DNA from: Spirochaetia bacterium
Lineage (GTDB): Bacteria; Spirochaetota; Spirochaetia; SZUA-6; Bin103
Reading direction: 5' to 3'
DNA: 64,000 bases
Assembly (NCBI GenBank): GCA_965208575.1
Contig: CBDBOV010000003.1
Span: 224,001 to 288,000 of the forward strand
Shown here piece by piece: positions 59,789 through 64,000 of this stretch. A program made the translations under genes and the position numbers. Under the pieces are notes generated by a model, which worked only from the letters and a program-made list of their open reading frames with translations, had not been told where the DNA came from and made no database searches. The stretch's first letter is position 1, and each line of letters starts with the position of its first letter.

Positions 59789-60010
59789 ACAGGTTACTGG
59801 GCGCTGAGTAGAACTGCCGCTCGGATTGCGGCGGCGGTTCCACCCACGGCAAGGTGCGCACGCCCGCGTCGCCCGCAGTCTTCATCGAGCCTCATTCGCA
59901 GCCCCTATGCGCGGCATTCTCACCGGCACGCGCCTGCGTCAGCTGTCGTTCCTACTGGGAACCCATGCGGCACGCTCCGTTGGTTTCTTTGTTCCTTTGA
60001 TTGCGCTTCT

Positions 60011-60904
60011 CTAAACCGACCCGGCGGCTCCGGCACCGAAACCACCACCGCCACCCCTCAGCCGCGGGTCGAGCAGGTCGCGCACCGCGTCGCCGAGCAT
60101 GTTCAGGCTGTACACGGTAACCGTCAGAGCCAGGCCGGGCCAAAAGGCGAGGTGCGGCGCCGCCTCCATGTACTGGCGCCCCTCCCTGCTGAGCAGACCA
60201 CCCCAGCTGGGAATCTCGATCGGCAGACCGAATCCAAGGAAGCTCAACGCAGCCTCCGAGATAATCACCCCGCCGACGTTGATACTGAAGACAACGATTA
60301 TCGGAGCCGCGATATTGGGAAGCACATGGCGCAGCAGTATCCCCCATTTCGAGGCGCCAATCGCCAGCGCGGACTGAAAGTAGTCGTTCCCCTTTATGCC
60401 GATAACGGCGCTCCTGAGCACTCGCGAGCCGACGATGCCGCCCGAGATGCCCAGGACCAGGATGAGCTGCAACAGCCCCTTGCCCACGATGGATATGATG
60501 GTCAACAACAGCAGCAGTCCCGGGAAAGACATCCAGGCATCGACGAACCGCTGCACCACCAGGTCCAGTCTGCCACCGAGGAATCCTGAGGTGCCGCCGA
60601 GTAGAACAGCGACCAGAACGTTGAGCGCGGTGGCGGCCAGACCCACCGTCAGGGAGATACGGGCGCCGTGGATGATGCGGCTCAGGAGGTCGCGCCCGAG
60701 GTGGTCGGTACCCAGCAGATACTGGGCTGATGAGCCCTGCAATCGGTCGGGAAGGTGCCTCTCACCAATTGGATAGGGAGCGATGACGTCGGCGAAAACA
60801 GCCACCAGAATCAGTATCAATACGACCACGCCGCTCGCCGTGCCGAGCGGCTTCTCCTTGACCAGCCGGGTCAAGAAACGCGTGCGCCCGCTGCCCTGAC
60901 TCAC
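60011..60904 (-). CDS. DppC-like permease E
   Basis: Full-length paralogue; GTG start overlapping DppB stop. Confidence 0.9.
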   Translation of the reverse strand: MSQGSGRTRFLTRLVKEKPLGTASGVVVLILILVAVFADVIAPYPIGERHLPDRLQGSSAQYLLGTDHLGRDLLSRIIHGARISLTVGLAATALNVLVAVLLGGTSGFLGGRLDLVVQRFVDAWMSFPGLLLLLTIISIVGKGLLQLILVLGISGGIVGSRVLRSAVIGIKGNDYFQSALAIGASKWGILLRHVLPNIAAPIIVVFSINVGGVIISEAALSFLGFGLPIEIPSWGGLLSREGRQYMEAAPHLAFWPGLALTVTVYSLNMLGDAVRDLLDPRLRGGGGGFGAGAAGSV

Positions 60905-61116
60905 TGCTGATAGCGGACCCTGGGATCCAGGAACGCATAGACCAGGTCGATCATCAGATTGATCCCCATCACCGCGGTGGCGAACACCAGATTGATGCCG
61001 GCGACCACTGGGTAGTCTCTGTCGTTGAGAGCCCCGAGCATCAGACGACCCAACCCGGGCAGGTTGAATATGTTCTCGATGATGACGGCACCACCCACCA
61101 GGATGGGCAACTGCAG
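60901..61116 (-). pseudogene. DppB-like permease E, only 3-prime end left
   Basis: LQLPILVGG...LDPRVRY with no upstream homology. Confidence 0.85.
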
Positions 61117-61332
61117 ACATTCCTTTATGTTCAGGCTCCTGTGCTCGCTCGACCCCCTGGATGCCCCCACCTTGCAGTCCTGTGCCTGACAAAGCGGCAG
61201 GGCCTTATACACCACGCAGCTATCGTGCGGTTACCCAACACGAACTGTGGCATCACTACGTACCCGAACCGGGCAATTGGTACGGCCGGTCCTTCCCCGG
61301 CTGGAATGCAGTCTGTCGGCTGCTCAAAACCC

Positions 61333-63132
61333 CTAATGCCCCATTTCTGCCTTTAGCTCACTGTCAATCCAGAGGCGCGAGAAGATGGGTAGAGTGTTTA
61401 AGAATGAAAGCCAGACTTCACCGTTATAACCGATGACCCACGGCTGGTGCGCCTGGTACGTTCCAGGCATGGGACCCCATATATACCAGTGGTTCTCCAC
61501 GGTGTACATATCCACTTCTTTGACCAGCCTCTGCCGTTCCTCTTCGGAAGTAGCGGTTCGGGCGGCGTCGAGAAGGGCATCCAACTCAGGGTACCTGGTT
61601 CCGTGTGTATTTCCAAAGCTGCTCGAGTGTACCCATTCGCGTGTAATATCCAACGGAGCGGTATGGTTGCCCAGAGGCATAGTAAACAGACCTTCCCAAG
61701 TACGATCCCTTTGAGCAGCGATACGACTCGCTTCATCCAATACGTCAATCTCTACATCAACGCCAATCTCCTCCCAGTAGGTGGCAGCCAGTTCACTATA
61801 GCCTAAATGAAACTTCTCTGAATGGTTCAACGTGGTCTTGAATCGAGTGCCGTCGGCGCCGCGCGGATATCCGGCTTCATCAAGCAGAGCTTCGGCTCCT
61901 GCCCGATCGTACCGATAGCCCTTCTTGACCTCTTCGGGCCACTCGTCGAAGGGGGTAGAATACCCGCTGATACCACTCCCTACTATACCCTGAGGCTGCC
62001 AGGCTGAAGTGCCCTTGTAGAAGCTGCGGTCGATGCCCTCGAGGTCCAGTGCCAACTGCATGGCCATGCGCACCCTGATGTCGTCAAAGGGCGGCTTGCT
62101 CGCGTCCATGTTAAAAGACGTTTCCGAACGGTTAAACCACGGCTCCAGCACGATTTCAGGGTTAGTCTTCCGGAGGCTATCAAGCACGTCGACCGACGTG
62201 ATATTAGTAGGGAAACCCACGAAATCAATCTTACCGGCGCGCAGTCCCGCCAAACGTGTTGCTTCCTCTTTGATGAAAAGGCCCTGCAACTTGTCAATGT
62301 AGGGCAGACGATTCCCCGGGTACTTCTCGTCGTCTTTCCAGTAGTCAGGATCCTTGGTATGGGTTATTGAGCTGCCCTCCACCCAGTCAGTCAGCATATA
62401 CGGCCCGGTACCGACCAGGTTTCTCCAATCCTTAACGTCGCCATATTGCTTGACGACCTCGGGGGGGTATATCAAGGCGTGGGACGACCCGCCAGCGAAT
62501 AGTACAAGGATAGCCGTATTTGGCTCGGTCAGCTTAACAACAACCGTATATTTGTCGGGCGCCGTTATCGATTCGGCAGATGGCCGCGCGTACGTAAAGG
62601 GGCTAGGTCCGGCTTCGGCGAAGTCATTCATACCCAACATGCGCTGAAAGCTATGGACGACATCATCAGCGGTAAATTCTCTCCCATTCATCGGTGCTTT
62701 GTTTTGCCACTTAATACCTTTGCGGATGTTGAAGATAATAGTCAGTGGGTCGGGAGTGTCCCAGCTCTCAGCCAGATGCGACGTATAGGCAAATTCAGGT
62801 TGGTAATGGGTTCTGAAGGAAAATACGTCCCTATCTATTGCCCAGTTCAGGAGTCCCAGCGTCTCTACAACGCCACCAGCGGCCAGTGCTGGGAGATGGA
62901 AGAAAAAGGAGTCAGCATTGTCTGGCTCGAGCATCGCGCCATAGGTCAATGTCCCGCCGTACTGGGGCGCGACCACCACCTTGCCGGTGGTGGGGTCGGT
63001 CACATACTTCTTGTCGGCGGCGGCTGCCGAGTCGCCACCGTCGCTCGAGCCAGCGGCCCACAGGCCGGTTGCGGTCAGGATGAGGCCACACAGCACTGCG
63101 AGCCCCGTCTTAAATAGAATTGTCTGTCTCAT
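61333..63132 (-). CDS. Family-5 substrate-binding protein E
   Basis: PQYGG, LAESW, GTGPY, NRLPYID, AGYPRGADG. Confidence 0.92.
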   Translation of the reverse strand: MRQTILFKTGLAVLCGLILTATGLWAAGSSDGGDSAAAADKKYVTDPTTGKVVVAPQYGGTLTYGAMLEPDNADSFFFHLPALAAGGVVETLGLLNWAIDRDVFSFRTHYQPEFAYTSHLAESWDTPDPLTIIFNIRKGIKWQNKAPMNGREFTADDVVHSFQRMLGMNDFAEAGPSPFTYARPSAESITAPDKYTVVVKLTEPNTAILVLFAGGSSHALIYPPEVVKQYGDVKDWRNLVGTGPYMLTDWVEGSSITHTKDPDYWKDDEKYPGNRLPYIDKLQGLFIKEEATRLAGLRAGKIDFVGFPTNITSVDVLDSLRKTNPEIVLEPWFNRSETSFNMDASKPPFDDIRVRMAMQLALDLEGIDRSFYKGTSAWQPQGIVGSGISGYSTPFDEWPEEVKKGYRYDRAGAEALLDEAGYPRGADGTRFKTTLNHSEKFHLGYSELAATYWEEIGVDVEIDVLDEASRIAAQRDRTWEGLFTMPLGNHTAPLDITREWVHSSSFGNTHGTRYPELDALLDAARTATSEEERQRLVKEVDMYTVENHWYIWGPMPGTYQAHQPWVIGYNGEVWLSFLNTLPIFSRLWIDSELKAEMGH

Positions 63133-63502
63133 AGAGATCGACCTCCGACAAATATTGTTTGAGAGCAGTCATTCCACTGCCGGCCCCTCGCCTGCTCCAT
63201 TCGAGCGAGGGCGACACCCCTTAGCGGTGCAGCCGCCCGGTCTTTCGTTAGTCTCTTGTCGCGTGCCTCCTTTGGCGCGCCGCGCCGAAAGGCAGCCATG
63301 CGCGCCGCCGCGCGTGGTGGCGGTGCTGCACGTCACCCATCTGCTTCTTGCTGCCGGCAAAGTCGCTACGCATGTTGATGTGGACTGGTGGAGTCGGCCG
63401 ACGTCGGCCGTTGGAGGCACGGATGCGTGGCGGGTGTGTGCCACGCGGATGGCTGGTGCCGCGCTCAGCACCGGCGCCGAGCGGCTGGCTGTCGCGCGGT
63501 CG

Positions 63503-63595
63503 GGTAGTCGGGTAGTCGGTAGTCGGGTAGTCGGTAGTCGGTAGTCGGTAGTCGGTAGTCGGTAGTCGGTAGTCGGTAGTCGGTAGTCGGTAGTC
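63503..63595. repeat. Heptamer SSR (GGTAGTC) x13 in leader E
   Basis: Directly visible; two single-G interruptions. Confidence 0.95.
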
Positions 63596-63635
63596 GGTGG
63601 CTGGGCTGGATGCTGTCGGTGCCCATTTGCGGACG

Positions 63636-63665
63636 AGTGTAGAGGCCGGCCCAAATCCGTGTCAA
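63636..63665 (-). promoter_or_regulatory. Sigma70-like promoter, module E
   Basis: TTGACA-18nt-TACACT. Confidence 0.7.
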
Positions 63666-63768
63666 GCGCGACCCACCGCGTTCACCGCGTTGCGACACCG
63701 CCAACCGGCCACTGCGCTGGCTGTCGTCATGGCTCGTCATCATTCGTCGAACCCGTAGGCGAGGCACA

Positions 63769-64000
63769 CTAGTGTCCCGCATCAGAAATTCTTTCGCAGT
63801 ACTTCTTGACTGATTCAAGGATTTGGTCAGGGCTCTTGGTCCAGATGAATGGCTTGGGGTCCTCGTTGTAAACCGCCAAGTAGTCGTTGATCGCCTTCTC
63901 CAACTCCCTGGTGCTCCGATGGCTGCCACGTCGGATCTGCTTCTCGGTGAGCGCCGCGAACCAGCGCTCGACCTGGTTGAGCCACGACGCGCTGGTCGGC
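63769..64000 (-). mobile_element. IS630-family transposase C-terminus (partial)
   Basis: Manual translation PTSASWLNQVERWF...NEDPKPFIWTK..ILE...ISDAGH-stop. Confidence 0.85.

Noticed and set aside
26400-60000. Classical integron
   Set aside because: No IntI tyrosine recombinase, no regular attC sites, and cargo occurs in both orientations
63465-63654. ORFs with PTTDYRL repeats
   Set aside because: Translation artefact of the heptamer SSR in a leader that is non-coding in paralogues

Overview
GC-rich bacterial DNA. The Cys-less '...LWAxGxEE' signal peptides suggest a spirochaete, possibly host-associated (inference only). Left part (1-24.6 kb) looks like core genome: a vanadium-haloperoxidase-like gene, two divergent carbohydrate ABC operons, an HtpX-like protease, a Zn-dehydrogenase, a glycosyltransferase, a CPA2-CBS antiporter, gcvT-H-PA-PB, an 80-bp tandem array, a ThDP enzyme and a stand-alone GHKL ATPase. 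Right part (24.6-64 kb) is a plastic region. It holds five paralogous family-5 (DppA/OppA-like) SBP-permease modules without ATPases, three on + (A, B, C) converging on two on - (D, E). These are interleaved with intact toxin-antitoxin pairs, IS elements (IS1380, an rve/ISNCY-like transposon with cargo, IS110, IS630) and many short gene fragments. Most notable: every SBP gene has a long leader. The leader comprises a sigma70-like promoter, usually a variable C-rich simple repeat, and a ~190-nt structured motif with compensatory base changes (degenerate in E). In three copies the motif carries a Shine-Dalgarno-led 11-codon uORF (M-I/V-L/R-KEP-x-ARAA-stop) whose stop lies in the first hairpin. 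This is a candidate undescribed attenuator/riboswitch family. The IS110 copy also shows readable bridge-RNA-like guides matching its own target and donor sites. All calls are by eye; no searches were run.
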